This document shows, piece by piece, positions 28,886 through 46,007 of a stretch of DNA of 64,000 nt. Within the stretch, counting starts at the first letter, position 1. Each line of letters begins with the position of its first letter. A model generated the notes under the pieces. It was not told the origin of the DNA. It did not search any database and saw nothing but the letters and a program-made list of their open reading frames with translations. The stretch is from an uncultured bacterium (GTDB taxonomy: Bacteria > Planctomycetota > Phycisphaerae > SM23-33 > FEN-1343), in the NCBI GenBank assembly GCA_965372365.1, contig CBDVCA010000001.1:5810-69809 (forward strand), given 5' to 3'. The position numbers and the translations under genes are program-made.

Positions 28886-29737
28886 CTACAACACCAACTG
28901 GCCGGAGCGGACATTCCGCCGCCGCCGGATAATCATCTTGTTAGACAGCTTCCGCTTCCGCCGGGTCTTCCCGCCCTTAGCGAGTACGCCGGTGGGAGAA
29001 CAGGGGTGACGACCGCCGCCTGAGCGGCCTTCGCCGCCGCCGAGAGGGTGAGCCACCGGGTTCATCGCGACGCCGCGAACGTGCGGCCGACGGCCCAGAT
29101 AGCGGCGACGTCCCGCCTTACCGAGGCGGACATTGCCGTGATCGAGGTTACCGATCTGGCCGATGGTCGCCCGGCAGCGAATGTCAACCATTCGCATTTC
29201 GCCGGAGGGAAGAATCAGGACGGCCCGCTTGCCTTCTTTGGCGGCCAACCGCGCCACACCGCCGGCGGTGCGGACCATCTTGCCGCCCTGGCCAGGGTTC
29301 ATTTCGATGTTATGGACTTCCAAACCGGCCGGGATCGACTCCATCGGCATGCAGTTGCCGATGCGCGGTTCGACCTTCTCGCCGCTTTCGATGATATCGT
29401 CGACCTTCAGGCCCAGCGGAGCGAGGATGTACCGCTTCTCGCCGTCGCGATAGTGGATCAACGCGATATGGCAGGTGCGGTTCGGATCGTACTCGATCGA
29501 CGCGACGCGACCTGCAACGCCGTCTTTGTTCCGCTTGAAGTCGACCAAGCGATACATTCGCTTGTTGCCGCCGCCGCGGAAACGGACGGTGATTTTGCCG
29601 CTATGGTTGCGGCCGCCGGTCTTGTTGAGCTTACGGAGAAGGGTCTTCTCCGGCGTGCTCTTGGTGACTTCGTCCCGCGTATTAACGCTGGAGAACCGTC
29701 GTCCCGGCGATGTCTTTTTGTATACCTTGATGCCCAT
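28886..29737 (-). CDS. rplB: 50S ribosomal protein L2
   Basis: L2 family sequence (…[13 protein letters not shown]…). Confidence 0.93.
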   Translation of the reverse strand: MGIKVYKKTSPGRRFSSVNTRDEVTKSTPEKTLLRKLNKTGGRNHSGKITVRFRGGGNKRMYRLVDFKRNKDGVAGRVASIEYDPNRTCHIALIHYRDGEKRYILAPLGLKVDDIIESGEKVEPRIGNCMPMESIPAGLEVHNIEMNPGQGGKMVRTAGGVARLAAKEGKRAVLILPSGEMRMVDIRCRATIGQIGNLDHGNVRLGKAGRRRYLGRRPHVRGVAMNPVAHPLGGGEGRSGGGRHPCSPTGVLAKGGKTRRKRKLSNKMIIRRRRNVRSGQLVL

Positions 29738-29769
29738 CTTCGTCTGGTCCTCTTCGGCTGACGGCGTTA

Positions 29770-30048
29770 TCAGAACAGGTCAATGTGATAATCGGGGTGG
29801 AGCACAACAACTGCCTTCTTCCACGCCGCGGTCGTTCCCATCCGCCGGCCATGCCGTCGGGGCTTGCCCTTGCGGTTGGCCGTTCGCACGTCGGTCACCT
29901 TGACGTTGTACAGTTTCTCCACCGCCTGCTTGATCTCGAACTTCTTGGCGCCGCGATGCACTTGAAACGCGTAGGCGTTCAGCGTCTCGCTCTGGAAGGC
30001 GCCTTTCTCGGTCACCAGCGGCCTGACAATAACATTATGAATATCCAT
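29770..30048 (-). CDS. rplW: 50S ribosomal protein L23
   Basis: L23 family sequence. Confidence 0.9.
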   Translation of the reverse strand: MDIHNVIVRPLVTEKGAFQSETLNAYAFQVHRGAKKFEIKQAVEKLYNVKVTDVRTANRKGKPRRHGRRMGTTAAWKKAVVVLHPDYHIDLF

Positions 30049-30050
30049 GG

Positions 30051-30677
30051 CTACTTCTTCTTACCTTCCAGCAGCGTGTCCATCGCCTCGCGGCTGACGA
30101 CCATTTTCTGGCGTTTGGCCACTTCGAAGGCGTTCAGTTCCGAAAGCGTTCGCACCGCCGACTTGGGGATGTTTCGCGTACTGCGATACACCGCGTCGTC
30201 GCGGGCCGCCAACGTCAGCACAAAACTGCGATCGACGTTCAACTTCTCCAGCATCGCGACGATCGTCTTGGTCCTGGGCGCGTCGAGCTTGAGGCCCTGC
30301 ACAACCACAAGATCCTCACCGAGCATCTTGGCGAGAATGGCCGAGTCCAGGGCCCTCGCTCGCATCTTCTTGGTCATCGTATGGCGAACCCGATGGGGAA
30401 CCTTGGCGAAGGCGACGCCGCCGCCGCGGAGGACATTCGTTCGCCGGCCGCCCCGGCGAGCGCTGCCGGTGCCTTTCTGGCGGAACATCTTGCGGGTGGA
30501 GCCACTGACCATGCCCCGGCTTCGTGTGGCCGCCGAGCCCTGGTGCGTGTTCGTGTGGTAAGCCACCACCGCCTGCTTCAGCAGGGGAATGTTGACTTCA
30601 CCACCGAAGGCGGCTTCGTCAACGGAAAGCTTTTCCACTTCCTTGCCCTGCATGTCGTATACTGGAACTTCCAACAT
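30051..30677 (-). CDS. rplD: 50S ribosomal protein L4
   Basis: L4 family sequence. Confidence 0.9.
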   Translation of the reverse strand: MLEVPVYDMQGKEVEKLSVDEAAFGGEVNIPLLKQAVVAYHTNTHQGSAATRSRGMVSGSTRKMFRQKGTGSARRGGRRTNVLRGGGVAFAKVPHRVRHTMTKKMRARALDSAILAKMLGEDLVVVQGLKLDAPRTKTIVAMLEKLNVDRSFVLTLAARDDAVYRSTRNIPKSAVRTLSELNAFEVAKRQKMVVSREAMDTLLEGKKK

Positions 30678-30704
30678 GACGTCTATCCTTAACGCGAATA
30701 CCTG

Positions 30705-31364
30705 CTACGCTTTGGTTTGTTTGGTCTTGCCGGTCCGCACAAAAACGAGTCCGCCGTTGGGGCCGGGGACGGCGCCCTTGATCAACAGCAGGTTGTTTTC
30801 GGCGTCGACAGCCACCAGTTTATGGTTTCGGGAGGTGCAGCGAACGTTGCCCATCTGCCCGGCCATTTTCTTACCCTTCTTGGGACCGCCTGAGCCGCCG
30901 GTGCCGTTGCCGTGGGAGGCGATGGAGCCGGGAGAGCGATGCTTACGCTTCACGCCGTGGCTGGCGCAGAGGCCGCGGAAGTTGTGACGCTTCATCGTGC
31001 CGGCGAAGCCTTTGCCCTTACTGGTCGCCGTCACATCGACCCACTGGACCTCGCTGAAGCCCTCTACAGTTATCTGGGCGCCCAGTTCCACGTCGGCGGC
31101 CGGTTCACTCAGGCGGATCTCACGATACACCCGGGCGGGCTTGGAGCCGCTGACCGCCGCGTGGCCGATCAGGGGACGGCTGGCCCGATGAAGACGCGTC
31201 GACTCGAACCCGATCTGAACGGCGTCGTACCCATCGGTACCGACGTTCTTGATCTGGGTAACGGTGCACGGCCCGGCCTGAACGACGGTAACCGGCTGCA
31301 AAGCACCCGTCTCGTCGTACACCTGGGTCATGCCAATCTTTCTTCCCATCAACGCTGCTTGCAT
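30705..31364 (-). CDS. rplC: 50S ribosomal protein L3
   Basis: L3 family sequence. Confidence 0.92.
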   Translation of the reverse strand: MQAALMGRKIGMTQVYDETGALQPVTVVQAGPCTVTQIKNVGTDGYDAVQIGFESTRLHRASRPLIGHAAVSGSKPARVYREIRLSEPAADVELGAQITVEGFSEVQWVDVTATSKGKGFAGTMKRHNFRGLCASHGVKRKHRSPGSIASHGNGTGGSGGPKKGKKMAGQMGNVRCTSRNHKLVAVDAENNLLLIKGAVPGPNGGLVFVRTGKTKQTKA

Positions 31365-31478
31365 CTTCTGAATCCTTCTTGCTTCGCTTCACCTGATCCG
31401 CCCAAGCCTCCGCGGCCGTGACAGACTCCCATTCGGGATGGTGGCTTTAAGCCTGTTGCACTGCTCGAACCGAACCAG

Positions 31479-31787
31479 CTACGCCTTGATCTTCACGAAC
31501 ACGCCAGCCGGCACCACCAGGCGGTTGAGCGCCTCGATGGTGCGGACGGTCGGTTCGTAAATATCGATCACTCGCTTGTGAGTCCGCATCTCGAACTGCT
31601 CGCGGCTCTTCTTATCCACATGCGGTCCCCGAAGCACCGTGTATCGTTCGGTGCGGGTCGGCAGCGGGATGGGCCCGCGGACCCGGGCGCCGGTCCGCTC
31701 GGCGTGATCAACGATCTCACGGGCCGAGGTATCCAACGCACGGTGGTCGTAGGCTTCCATTCGAATTCTGATCTTGTCCTGCAACAT
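31479..31787 (-). CDS. rpsJ: 30S ribosomal protein S10
   Basis: …[21 protein letters not shown]…. Confidence 0.93.
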   Translation of the reverse strand: MLQDKIRIRMEAYDHRALDTSAREIVDHAERTGARVRGPIPLPTRTERYTVLRGPHVDKKSREQFEMRTHKRVIDIYEPTVRTIEALNRLVVPAGVFVKIKA

Positions 31788-31990
31788 ATCGGCGTTTCTC
31801 CGTCATGGACAACCGTGCCGTCTTACGACTGCCGCGGCCAAGAGCCCATGCTTCTTTCCGGCGTTTCAACCACAATGGCTACGTTTGTTTCTAAGCCATT
31901 CTGTAGAGTCCATCTACCTTACTGAAGTAGACGCCGTTGTCAATGCAACCTGTGGCGTAATTCTCCATTTTTTTTCAACATCGTCACCTG

Positions 31991-34117
31991 TCAGACAAAT
32001 CGCAGCAATTTGTCCGCCACGTGGCGAGGAACAACCGCGTAATTGCTGGGTTCCATCGTACTGGTCGCCCGGCCTTGCGTCATACTCCGCAAGGCTGTGG
32101 TGTATCCAAATACCTCAGCCAGCGGAACTTTCGCTTCAATTAAACGCATCGTGTGACGCATGTCCATGCTGACGATCACGGCGCGACGCGAATTCAAGTC
32201 GCCGGTGACCGCGCCGAGAAATTCCTCGGGACAGACCACCTGCAAACCCATAATCGGCTCCATAAATGTCGGGGCGGCCTTCTCGACCGCCGCTTCGAAC
32301 GCCACCGTCCCGGCCTGGAGAAACGCCATCTCCGTACTGTCCACCGGATGGCACTCGCCGCCGGTCAGCGTGACTTTGATGTTCTCCAGCGGATACCCGG
32401 CGAGATGCCCGCTGCGGGCGGCGTCGCGAACGCCCTCTTCGATCGACGCGATGAACGATTTGGGGACATCCTCCGGGGAGCAGTCGACCACAAACATCAC
32501 CGGCGACTCGCCCTCACCGGGAGCGTGGGGCTCGACAGTCAGCGTGACCACGCCGAAATGCCCGCGACCGCCGATCTGGCGGACGAAACGCCCTTCGGCC
32601 TCGGCGGCCGAGCAGATGGTCTCTTTGTACGCCACGCGAGGCCTGCCCACCTTCACGTCGACACCCATGTCGCGGCGAAGCTTGTGATGGAGGATCTCGA
32701 GGTGCAATTCGCCCATCCCGGCGATCAGCGTCTGGCCCGTTTCACTATTGAACCGGCACTGGAACGAGGGGTCCTCCCGACGCAACACTTCCAGAGCCGA
32801 AGCCAGCTTGGCCTTGTCCGCGGAACTCCGCGGCTCAATCGACATGCTGATGACCGCCTCGGGAAAGTCCATCGTATCCAGAACCACCTGATTGCGCGGG
32901 TCGCACAACGTATCGCCGGTCAGGCTATACTTGCAGCCGACAAGGGCGACGATGTCGCCGGCGAGCGCCTCGTCGCGGCGGATTCGCTGCTTGGCGTACA
33001 TCTCCCAGATCCGCGAGACGATTTCCTTCTTCTCCCGCAACGGGTTGTACACACGCGATCCGGCCTTGAGGACGCCGCTGTAGATACGGGCGAAATACAG
33101 ATCCCCGTGCTGGTCGGAGGTGATCTTGAACACCAAGGCGCTCATCGGCTCGTCGATCGAGGCCGATCGAATGACCTCAGTCTCGTCGCTCACTCCGGCC
33201 CGACCCACCACCGGCGGCACGTCCAGCGGACTGGGAAGATACCACTGCACCGCGTCCAGCAACGGACGAACGCCAATGTGCTTCAACGCCGACCCGCACA
33301 ACACCGGGTGCAGCGCATCGGCGCACACGGCACGGCGAATGGCCTGGCGAATATCGGCCTCGGAAATATCGTCGTCGGCGATGAACTTCTCCATCAACCC
33401 GTCGTCCACCTCGGCGATCCGCTCGATCATGTCGTGACGAGCCTGGGTCGCCGCGTCGACCATCTCCTCGGGGATCTCGCTGACGATAAGGTCGGTGGCC
33501 ACCTCCGCCGGCGTATACACATACGCCTTCATGCTGACCAAGTCGACCTGGCCGATGAACGTATCCCCTTCGCCGATTGGCAGTTGTAATACCACGGGAT
33601 GACTGTTCAGCCGTTCGCCGATTTCGGCGACGACCCGATCGAACTCCGCGCCCAGACGATCCATCTTGTTGATGAAGCAGATTCGCGGCACGCCGTAACG
33701 GTCGGCCTGGCGCCAGACGGTTTCGCTCTGGGCCTCGACGCCGCCAACGCCGCAGAAAACAGCGACGGCCCCGTCCAGCACGCGAAGCGATCGCTCGACT
33801 TCGACGGTGAAGTCGACGTGGCCGGGGGTGTCGATCAAGTTGAACGTGTGGTCCTTCCACGGGCACGTCGTGGCCGCCGAGGTGATGGTGATCCCACGCT
33901 GCTGCTCTTCGACAAGATAGTCCATCACGGCGGTGCCTTTGTGGACCTCGCCGATCTTGTACGTCTTGCCCGTGAAGAAGAGCACCCGCTCGGTCACGGT
34001 CGTCTTACCGGCATCGATATGCGCCATGATGCCGATGTTTCGAATTTTGCTCAGCTCTCGGGCCACAGTCTCACCGTCAGAACCATAATCACCCGCCGCC
34101 GCGAGGGCGGCGCCCAT
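31991..34117 (-). CDS. fusA: Elongation factor G
   Basis: …[14 protein letters not shown]…[11 protein letters not shown]… An alternative GTG start at about 34067 ([18 protein letters not shown] upstream) better matches typical EF-G N-termini. Confidence 0.93.
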   Translation of the reverse strand: MGAALAAAGDYGSDGETVARELSKIRNIGIMAHIDAGKTTVTERVLFFTGKTYKIGEVHKGTAVMDYLVEEQQRGITITSAATTCPWKDHTFNLIDTPGHVDFTVEVERSLRVLDGAVAVFCGVGGVEAQSETVWRQADRYGVPRICFINKMDRLGAEFDRVVAEIGERLNSHPVVLQLPIGEGDTFIGQVDLVSMKAYVYTPAEVATDLIVSEIPEEMVDAATQARHDMIERIAEVDDGLMEKFIADDDISEADIRQAIRRAVCADALHPVLCGSALKHIGVRPLLDAVQWYLPSPLDVPPVVGRAGVSDETEVIRSASIDEPMSALVFKITSDQHGDLYFARIYSGVLKAGSRVYNPLREKKEIVSRIWEMYAKQRIRRDEALAGDIVALVGCKYSLTGDTLCDPRNQVVLDTMDFPEAVISMSIEPRSSADKAKLASALEVLRREDPSFQCRFNSETGQTLIAGMGELHLEILHHKLRRDMGVDVKVGRPRVAYKETICSAAEAEGRFVRQIGGRGHFGVVTLTVEPHAPGEGESPVMFVVDCSPEDVPKSFIASIEEGVRDAARSGHLAGYPLENIKVTLTGGECHPVDSTEMAFLQAGTVAFEAAVEKAAPTFMEPIMGLQVVCPEEFLGAVTGDLNSRRAVIVSMDMRHTMRLIEAKVPLAEVFGYTTALRSMTQGRATSTMEPSNYAVVPRHVADKLLRFV

Positions 34118-34488
34118 GCCTATGCGCGCATGAATATCGGGTCGTCCAGGTCGTCTTTTTCAGGCGAACCGTTCGGTCGGAATAGACGAACCGACCGCAG
34201 CGTAACGCCGTTACCAGCACAAAACACAGAATGCAATCCGTCGAAATACGCTTCCCGCCTCGGATACGGCGGGTCCGGCTTTGCGGAAAGCCGGTCCGGT
34301 TCACTTATCTCAAGCGGAACGCCCGTCGCCATATTGGCGAGGTCGCCTTCTCTGAGCCCCGGCACACACTCCGCCGACCTCGGTCGGCGTCGGCGCCGGG
34401 GTCGCTCCGGCATATCCGCCGCCGGAGCGATTCATCCCACACCGTCTGGCGATCCGGAGAGGATCGCGTGGGTACATCGCGATAAACA

Positions 34489-34529
34489 CAAACAAACAAA
34501 AAAGCCCGCATCCCAAATCGAATGCGGGC
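34489..34529 (-). terminator. Rho-independent terminator right after the rpsG stop (gcccgcat-loop-atgcgggc plus UUUUUUGUUUGUUUG)
   Basis: 8-bp GC-rich stem (minus-strand complement of 34504..34511 and 34522..34529) followed on the minus strand by a U-rich tract (A-run 34491..34503 on +). It lies inside the str operon between rpsG and fusA, so it likely acts as an attenuator. Confidence 0.65.
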
Positions 34530-34537
34530 GATCTTCG

Positions 34538-35020
34538 TTACCAGGCGAAGTGCGCGAACGCCTTGTTCGCGTCGGCCATGCGGTGCACATTCGTGCGAGT
34601 CTGCATGGCGGTTCCTTCTTTGTTGTACGCGGCCATCAGTTCAGTAGCCAAACGCTGGCAGATCGGCGAACCCTTCCCGGCGCGGATTGCGGTCAACACC
34701 CACCGAGTCGCCAGGGCCTGCTGACGCTTGCGATTCACCTGCATCGGCACCTGATAGTTCTGGCCGCCGACGCGCTTCGAACGCACTTCGATCGCGGGCT
34801 TGACGTTGTTCATCGCCCCCTCGAACACTTCCACGGGGGTGACTTCCTTGTCCTTCATCTTCTCGGCGATGATGTCCATGGCGTCGTAGAACACCCGCAG
34901 GGCGGTAGACTTCTTGCCGTCCAGCATGAGGCAGTTGATGAACTTGCTGACGACCTTGGAGCCGTACCGGGGGTCCGGAGAAAGCTGCTTGACCGAATTG
35001 GTGTAACTTTTGCCCGACAT
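34538..35020 (-). CDS. rpsG: 30S ribosomal protein S7
   Basis: S7 family sequence. Confidence 0.93.
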   Translation of the reverse strand: MSGKSYTNSVKQLSPDPRYGSKVVSKFINCLMLDGKKSTALRVFYDAMDIIAEKMKDKEVTPVEVFEGAMNNVKPAIEVRSKRVGGQNYQVPMQVNRKRQQALATRWVLTAIRAGKGSPICQRLATELMAAYNKEGTAMQTRTNVHRMADANKAFAHFAW

Positions 35021-35160
35021 AGTCTTCCTTTCACGCCCGCCGGACGTCCCGGTCGGGTGAGTCTCGATTCATGCCTCGGCCTGTTCAGCGGCCCCGCGTT
35101 CGGGGCTTCCGCGCTTACTCCGACCGGTCGGGCCGGAGCCGAGGCAGGTAGGTGCGTCCG

Positions 35161-35550
35161 CTATTTCGGTCGTTTGGTGCCGTACTTGCTGCGGCCTTGG
35201 CGTCGGGGGCCCCAGTTTTCCTGCTCGGCGAGGCCGCTGCAGTCCAGCGTGCCGCGGACGATGTGATACCGCACGCCCGGAAGGTCTCGCACGCGACCGC
35301 CGCGAACGAGAACGATGCTGTGCTCCTGGAGGTTGTGCCCGCATCCGGGGATGTAGGCGCTCACTTCCTTGCCGTTGCTGAGGCGAACACGAGCCACCTT
35401 TCGCAGAGCGGAGTTGGGCTTCTTGGGCGTCTGGGTCTTCACCAGCAGGCAAACGCCGCGACGCTGGGGGCAATGCTCCAACGCCACGTTCTTCTTCTTG
35501 GAGGCCTGCTTCTTCCGACCGTGCCGGACCAGTTGATTGATTGTGGGCAT
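35161..35550 (-). CDS. rpsL: 30S ribosomal protein S12
   Basis: [14 protein letters not shown]…. Confidence 0.93.
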   Translation of the reverse strand: MPTINQLVRHGRKKQASKKKNVALEHCPQRRGVCLLVKTQTPKKPNSALRKVARVRLSNGKEVSAYIPGCGHNLQEHSIVLVRGGRVRDLPGVRYHIVRGTLDCSGLAEQENWGPRRQGRSKYGTKRPK

Positions 35551-35634
35551 ATGGACTTTCCGTTCTATACGTCGTTGTCTTCGGGCGCTGGCCCGCTATC
35601 GTTTCACTCCCCCGCCATGCGAGGTTGATTCTTC

Positions 35635-39954
<4,320 letters not shown>

Positions 39955-40059
39955 TCGCTCCTTCGTGGAACGCCACTGTGCTTGCGATATCCGTCAGGCG
40001 GTGCGGTCGCGGCCAACGCGGGCCTTGCCCGAGCGGCCCTCTCTGCTGCGATCAGCCCG

Positions 40060-43000
40060 TCAGATCATCCGTCTCTTTTCCAACTGAATGTTCAGGCCAA
40101 GGCCCCGGATTTCGTTGCAGAGCACGTCGAAACTGACCGGCGTGCCCGCTTCCAGCGAATTGGAGCCCTTGACCATCGATTCGTAAATCTTCGTGCGGCC
40201 TTCGACGTCGTCGCTCTTGACGGTCAGCAGTTCCTGCAGGGCGTAGCTGGCGCCGTAGGCTTCCAGGCCCCACACTTCCATCTCGCCGAAACGCTGGCCG
40301 CCGGTGCGGGCCTTGCCACCCAGAGGCTGCTGGGTAATCAGCGAGTACGGCCCCGTCGATCGGGCGTGGATCTTGTCGTCCACCAGATGGTGCAGCTTGT
40401 TCATGTAGATGTAGCCGACGGTGACCTTCTGCTCGAACGGCTCGCCGGTGCGACCGTCGTACACGACGATCTTGCCGTCTTCGGGCATGGTCGCCAGCAG
40501 TTCCCGACAAGCGCCGGCCTTCTGGATCACCTCGATGTCCTCGCGACGCTTGGCCACCAGTTTGTTGGCCTCGCGAATGGTGTCGAAGATCTCTTCCTCC
40601 CGAGCGCCGTCGAACACCGGCGTAACGGCCTGGAACCCCAGCACCGCCGCCGCCCACCCGAGGTGGGTTTCGAGGATCTGGCCCACGTTCATTCGACTGG
40701 GCACGCCCAGCGGGTTCAGGCAGATGTCCAGCGAGGTGCCGTCTTCGAGGAACGGCATATCCTCTTCGGCCATGATCCGGGCGATAACGCCCTTGTTCCC
40801 GTGGCGGCCGGCCATCTTATCGCCTACGCTCAGCGTACGCTTGGTGGCCACGTACACCTTGACCATCTCCAGGACGCCGTTGGGAAGCTCGTCGCCGCGT
40901 TTCATATGGGCCAGGCGGCGTTCCTTCTCACGGGTCACTTCGAGAATTCGAGGCCAGTATCGTTCGTTGATCCGCTGCGCCTGTTCCTTGGCCGCGGCCT
41001 TGGCCGACTTGACCCAATCCAGCGTGAAGGTCTCGATCTGCTCCATCAGCACCGGAATCAGATCGCTCTGGCCCACCTTCTGACGAGTCGTCGGGTCAAC
41101 CATATCCGAACCGAGCACCTCGTTCATTTCGTCGCACATCTGACGGAACGAGTCGATCAGTTGCCGGTCCATCTCCTCGCCGTAGGCCTTCATCTCCGCC
41201 TGCAGTTGAAGCTTCTGGTCGTCGGTCATATGCACGCGACGGCTGAACCGCTGAGTGCCGATCACGACGCCTTCTTCACCGGCGGGCAGCATGAGGCTGT
41301 CGTTCTTGACGTCCTCGCCCGCCCGGCCGAAGATCGCATGCAGCAGCTTCTCTTCGGGGGACAGTTCGCTCTTGCTCTTGGGGGCGACCTTGCCGACCAG
41401 GATGTCCCCGGGCTGGACCCGGGTGCCGAGGCGGACGACGCCGTTGATGTCGAGATTGGCCAAGGCCCGCTCGCTGACGTTGGGAATGTCGCGAGTGAAC
41501 TCTTCGCGACCCAGCTTGGTCTCTCGAATTTCGGCGTCGTAGTCCTCGATGTGAATCGAGGTGAAGGTATCTTCCTTCACGAGCCGCTCGGAGATCAGAA
41601 TGGCGTCCTCGAAGTTGTACCCGTCGAAGGTCACAAAGCCGACCAGCAGGTTCCTGCCGAGGGCCAATTGGCCATTCTTGCAGGCCGGACCGTCGGCGAT
41701 AATCTCATCGGCCTTGACCCGCTGGCCTTCGACGACCACGGGTGTCTGGTTCAGGCAGGTCCGCTCGTTGAGGCGGGCGAACTTGCGGAGCGAATAGGCG
41801 TCGGCGTTATCGATCGTAATCCGCCGACTGTCGACATACGTGATCGTGCCGGCCTTGCGGGCCCGGACGACCATGCCGCTATTGGCGGCGACGACCCGCT
41901 CCATGCCGGTGCTGACGACGGGCGCTTCGCTTCGAATCAGCGGCACCGCCTGCCGCTGCATGTTCGAGCCCATCAACGCCCGGTTGGCGTCATCATGCTC
42001 CAGGAACGGAATCAGCGACGCCGAGACGCCCACCGTCTGCTTGGGCGAAATATCGACGTACTTGATATCGGGTCCGTCGACCAGGGCGACCTCGCCTCGG
42101 TCGCGGGCCAATTGCTGTTCTTTGGAGATGGTGGATCGCACCTTGCCGTCGGCGCCGCGAATCACTTCCGGTGGAGCCAGGGCGGTGTCCATCTCCTGGT
42201 CGGCGCGGAGGTACTCGACCTTGTCGGTCACCTTGGACTTTTCCACCACGCGGTACGGCGTAACCAGGAAGCCGTACTCGTCGACCCGCGAGTAGATGCT
42301 CAGTTGGCTGATCAGGCCGATGTTGTTGCCTTCAGGCGTTTCGATCGGGCAAATGCGGCCATAGTGGCTGATGTGCACATCGCGAACTTCAAAGCCGGCC
42401 CGCTTGCGGTTCAAGCCGCCGGGGCCCAGAGCCGAGAGGCGCCGCTCGTGGCCCATCTGGCTCAGCGGGTTGGTCTGATCGACCACCTGGCTCAGTTCGC
42501 TGCGACCGAAGAAGAAATCGATACTGCTGGAGACGCTCTTGGAGTTGACCAGTTCAGCGATCTTGGTGATGCTATCCTGATCCTTCATGCTCATGCGTTC
42601 CTGCACCGTTCGACGCAGTTTCAGGAAGCCCTTGCGAAGTTCGTCGGTCGCCAGTTCGTCGATGGTTCGAAGCCGCCGGTTGCCCAGGTGGTCGATATCG
42701 TCGACGACGCCGTCGCCGGCACGCAGCGTGAAGATGTACTTGAGGCTGTTGACGAAGTCCGCCGGGCGCAGGACCAGGTCCGACTCGTCGACATGCTGAT
42801 TGAACTTCCGATTGATCCGGAACCGGCCGACCTGGCCGAGGCGGTAGCGGTTCTCGTCGTAGAACTTCTCGGCGAATAGCGTCTTGGCCTTCTCCAGTTG
42901 CGGAGGGTTACCGGGACGCAAACGCGTGTAGATGCGAAGGACCGCGGCCTCGTAGCTGTCGGCGCCGTCTTCGGCGAGCGTATTGAGAATCAGCGGATCG

Positions 43001-43824
43001 CTGACCTTCTTGACGACAGGGACTTTCTTGATCGCCGACGCCTGCACGCGAGTGAGCGCTTCGCCGATCTGGTTGGCCGCGTCGACGAGCACTTCGCCGC
43101 TTTCGGGGTCGACGATCGCCTCGACGGCGTACATCTGCGGCTTCAGTTTCCCGACAGCGACCGCCGAGACCGGGTAGAACTCGCGGATGATCGCCTCGGA
43201 GGTCCCATACTTCTCGTCCATCGCCCGCAGGAAGGTGGTGGCCGGGATCTTGGACGACTGGTCGATCCGGACGGTGAGCGAATCCTTCTTGGAGACGATC
43301 AGTTCGATCCAACTGCCGCGTTCGGGGATAATACGGGCCCCGTGCAGCGGACGGTCGGACTCGGCCATTTCGACGGTGAAGTCGACGCCGGGCGATCGGT
43401 GCAACTGGCTGACGATCACACGTTCGGCGCCGTTGATGACGAACTCGCCGCCGCCGATCATGATGGGCATTTCGCCGAGGTAGATCGATTCTTCGAGGAT
43501 ATCCTCGCGATCTTTCATGCGAAGCCGGCAGGTGATCCGGAACGGCAACCCGAACGTCAGCCGCAACTGGCGGCACTCGTCGGGGGTGTATCGGGCCTCG
43601 CCGAGTTCGTAGCTGACGTATTCCAACGCCATCGACTCGTCGTAGCTGAGGATCGGGAAGATCTCTTGCAGCAGACCCTCCAGACCGATGCGCTTGCGAT
43701 CGCCCACAGGAAGATCCTCCTGCAGGAACCGCTTGTAGCTCTTGGTCTGAATGTCAATCAGATTGGGAATGGGCAACGCATCGCCAATCTTGGAGTAATC
43801 CCTGACCTTATCCATGTGAAGCAT
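40060..43824 (-). CDS. rpoB: DNA-directed RNA polymerase subunit beta (1254 aa)
   Basis: RpoB signature blocks throughout. Confidence 0.95.
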   Translation of the reverse strand: MLHMDKVRDYSKIGDALPIPNLIDIQTKSYKRFLQEDLPVGDRKRIGLEGLLQEIFPILSYDESMALEYVSYELGEARYTPDECRQLRLTFGLPFRITCRLRMKDREDILEESIYLGEMPIMIGGGEFVINGAERVIVSQLHRSPGVDFTVEMAESDRPLHGARIIPERGSWIELIVSKKDSLTVRIDQSSKIPATTFLRAMDEKYGTSEAIIREFYPVSAVAVGKLKPQMYAVEAIVDPESGEVLVDAANQIGEALTRVQASAIKKVPVVKKVSDPLILNTLAEDGADSYEAAVLRIYTRLRPGNPPQLEKAKTLFAEKFYDENRYRLGQVGRFRINRKFNQHVDESDLVLRPADFVNSLKYIFTLRAGDGVVDDIDHLGNRRLRTIDELATDELRKGFLKLRRTVQERMSMKDQDSITKIAELVNSKSVSSSIDFFFGRSELSQVVDQTNPLSQMGHERRLSALGPGGLNRKRAGFEVRDVHISHYGRICPIETPEGNNIGLISQLSIYSRVDEYGFLVTPYRVVEKSKVTDKVEYLRADQEMDTALAPPEVIRGADGKVRSTISKEQQLARDRGEVALVDGPDIKYVDISPKQTVGVSASLIPFLEHDDANRALMGSNMQRQAVPLIRSEAPVVSTGMERVVAANSGMVVRARKAGTITYVDSRRITIDNADAYSLRKFARLNERTCLNQTPVVVEGQRVKADEIIADGPACKNGQLALGRNLLVGFVTFDGYNFEDAILISERLVKEDTFTSIHIEDYDAEIRETKLGREEFTRDIPNVSERALANLDINGVVRLGTRVQPGDILVGKVAPKSKSELSPEEKLLHAIFGRAGEDVKNDSLMLPAGEEGVVIGTQRFSRRVHMTDDQKLQLQAEMKAYGEEMDRQLIDSFRQMCDEMNEVLGSDMVDPTTRQKVGQSDLIPVLMEQIETFTLDWVKSAKAAAKEQAQRINERYWPRILEVTREKERRLAHMKRGDELPNGVLEMVKVYVATKRTLSVGDKMAGRHGNKGVIARIMAEEDMPFLEDGTSLDICLNPLGVPSRMNVGQILETHLGWAAAVLGFQAVTPVFDGAREEEIFDTIREANKLVAKRREDIEVIQKAGACRELLATMPEDGKIVVYDGRTGEPFEQKVTVGYIYMNKLHHLVDDKIHARSTGPYSLITQQPLGGKARTGGQRFGEMEVWGLEAYGASYALQELLTVKSDDVEGRTKIYESMVKGSNSLEAGTPVSFDVLCNEIRGLGLNIQLEKRRMI

Positions 43825-44075
43825 ATTGTCACACCCTCAGCTAATTCCAACACTGACGACCGGAGCCGTCGCGAGCTATGAGTAGAGAGTTACGGATCTC
43901 CACCAGTGATACACAAACGCAGGTGTCCCGAACTCTCAGAGGCGAACGGTTCGCATCAAAATGCGCATGAGGATTACCCGCCTATTCGCCTTCTACCCGG
44001 CGAACTTCAGCAGGTAACCCCTGCACTCTCTCACGTTCCATCATCAAATTGTAGCAACCCGGCGACCCGAGGCAA

Positions 44076-44513
44076 CTACTTCACCTCAACGGTTGCGCCA
44101 GCTTCTTCCAGTTGGGAGCGGGCCTCGTCGGCCTCGTCCTTGGTGACGCCTTCCTTGACCGCATTGGGGCAGCCGTCGACCACTTCCTTGGCTTCCTTGA
44201 GGCCCAGGTTCGTCAGAGCACGCACGGCCTTGATGACCTGGATCTTCTTGTCGCCGACTTCCTTGAGGATGACGTCGAAGCTGGTCTGCTCTTCGGCTTC
44301 GGCTTCGCCGGCCGGAGCCGCGGCCATCATCACACCGCCGCCGGCGGCCGGCTCAATGCCGTAAGCATCCTTCATGTAATCAGCAAGGTCGACAGCCTGC
44401 TTGAGGGTCAGCTCGGCGAGCTGATCGCCAAGAGCCTTGATCTCGGGGGCGAATTCCTTGGTCTCAACGGCTTCGGTGGTTTCTGCGGCAGCTTCTTCGG
44501 ACATTTCTAACAC
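44076..44513 (-). CDS. rplL: 50S ribosomal protein L7/L12 with about 18-aa N-terminal extension (alternative start 44504)
   Basis: C-terminal domain …[25 protein letters not shown]…. Confidence 0.9.
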   Translation of the reverse strand: MLEMSEEAAAETTEAVETKEFAPEIKALGDQLAELTLKQAVDLADYMKDAYGIEPAAGGGVMMAAAPAGEAEAEEQTSFDVILKEVGDKKIQVIKAVRALTNLGLKEAKEVVDGCPNAVKEGVTKDEADEARSQLEEAGATVEVK

Positions 44514-44633
44514 TCCGTCTTGTCTATACGTACTTCCCGGCCTGATAGGTGAAGCCCCTTTGGCTTCATTTAACCCTTACGGGCCAATCCGCAGCCGAAA
44601 CCATTTGTCTCATATACGGTTAGACGACGGCGA

Positions 44634-45161
44634 CTACTCCTCGCCGTCCTCTTGTTTCTCTTCGATCGCCTTCAGCAGCCCGGCAATAACGCTGCCCGGG
44701 CCCAGCACGGCGCCGACCAACGTGGCGCCGGGAGCCAAGGCGATGCTGCTAACGCGGCCAAGGGCTTCGCTCCGTGTGGGGTACTTGCTCAACTCCTCGA
44801 TTCGATCGGAACCGAACAGCTCACCCTCCATCAGGGCGCCCTTGACTTCGAGGCCGGGGATCGTCTTGGCGCGATCAACCAACTCGCGAACGACGTCCAC
44901 GACACTCTCACCGCCATAGGCCAAAGCGCACGGACCCTCGAGCAACGCGCCGGCTTCGGCGATGCCGATATCCTCAAACGCCTTGCGGGCCATGGCGTTC
45001 TTGACGACCATGACGCGAATGCCCTTCTCGGCCAACTCGCCGCGAAGGCTGTTGTTGGTGTTGCCGTCAACGCCCATCACGCTGACCACGGCCACTTCGC
45101 TGACGCCCTCCAGCTGCCGGGCCAACTCCTTGCGAATCAGGTTCTTAATCGGTTTGCTCAT
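44634..45161 (-). CDS. rplJ: 50S ribosomal protein L10
   Basis: L10 family sequence; 10-nt gap to rplA. Confidence 0.9.
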   Translation of the reverse strand: MSKPIKNLIRKELARQLEGVSEVAVVSVMGVDGNTNNSLRGELAEKGIRVMVVKNAMARKAFEDIGIAEAGALLEGPCALAYGGESVVDVVRELVDRAKTIPGLEVKGALMEGELFGSDRIEELSKYPTRSEALGRVSSIALAPGATLVGAVLGPGSVIAGLLKAIEEKQEDGEE

Positions 45162-45171
45162 GCCGCACCGC

Positions 45172-45855
45172 CTATCTTACGTCCACCAGCACCGCGGGGC
45201 TCATCGTCGCGGTCAGGCAGGCTTTCTTGAAATAAGTACCCTTGGTCGTCGTGGGCTTGATCCGCTGGACGTAGTCGATGAAGAACTCGGCGTTCTCGAT
45301 CAACTTGACAGCGTCGAAGCTGACCTTGCCGACCGCCACCGCCAGGTTGCCGCCGGAGTCGTTGCGAAACTCCAACTTGCCGGCGCTGTACTCGGTAACG
45401 GCCTTGGCGACGTCGGGGGTCACGGTGCCGCTCTTGGGGCTGGGCATCTTGCCCTGGGGACCCAGAACCCGACCGAGGCGACTGACGTTCCGCATCATCT
45501 GCGGGACCGCGATCGCCACGTCGAAATCAAGCCATCCGCCCTGAACCTTCTTGATCAGATCGGCGCCGCCGGCCTCGATGGCGCCGGCCTCGATCGCGGC
45601 CTCGGCGTCAGGGCCTTCGCAGAACGCGATCACGCGTTTGGTGGCGCCGACGCCGTGGGGCAGCGAAATGGCGCCGCGGATGGCCTGGTCGGCCTGTTTG
45701 GGATCGATGCCAAGATGCAGCACCAATTCGACGGTCTGGTCGAACTTGGTCTTGGCGAACCCCTGAATACACGCGACCGCATCTGCAACGCTCACCGGCT
45801 CGGCCGGCACCTTTTCGATGTCGCGGCGGTAACGCTTACCATGTGATGTGGGCAT
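45172..45855 (-). CDS. rplA: 50S ribosomal protein L1
   Basis: L1 family sequence. Confidence 0.92.
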   Translation of the reverse strand: MPTSHGKRYRRDIEKVPAEPVSVADAVACIQGFAKTKFDQTVELVLHLGIDPKQADQAIRGAISLPHGVGATKRVIAFCEGPDAEAAIEAGAIEAGGADLIKKVQGGWLDFDVAIAVPQMMRNVSRLGRVLGPQGKMPSPKSGTVTPDVAKAVTEYSAGKLEFRNDSGGNLAVAVGKVSFDAVKLIENAEFFIDYVQRIKPTTTKGTYFKKACLTATMSPAVLVDVR

Positions 45856-46007
45856 TTTTCAGCTCCTTTCGCCGTCGCCCGACGGCTTCCACTGCAATCC
45901 GGGATCCGTGGTCAGATCCACATGCTTCTCTAGTAGGCGTCGGCGCCCGACGCCAACCCAACGCCGACCGCGCCGTTGACAGGCCGCGGCCGATACCGGG
46001 TGTAGCT

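Noticed and set aside
34120-34413. 97-aa ORF (and 34310..34516, 34231..34485) in the rpsG-fusA spacer
   Set aside because: Arg-rich GC artefacts overlapping strong palindromic stems. One runs into the fusA start. The region is better explained as structured non-coding RNA.
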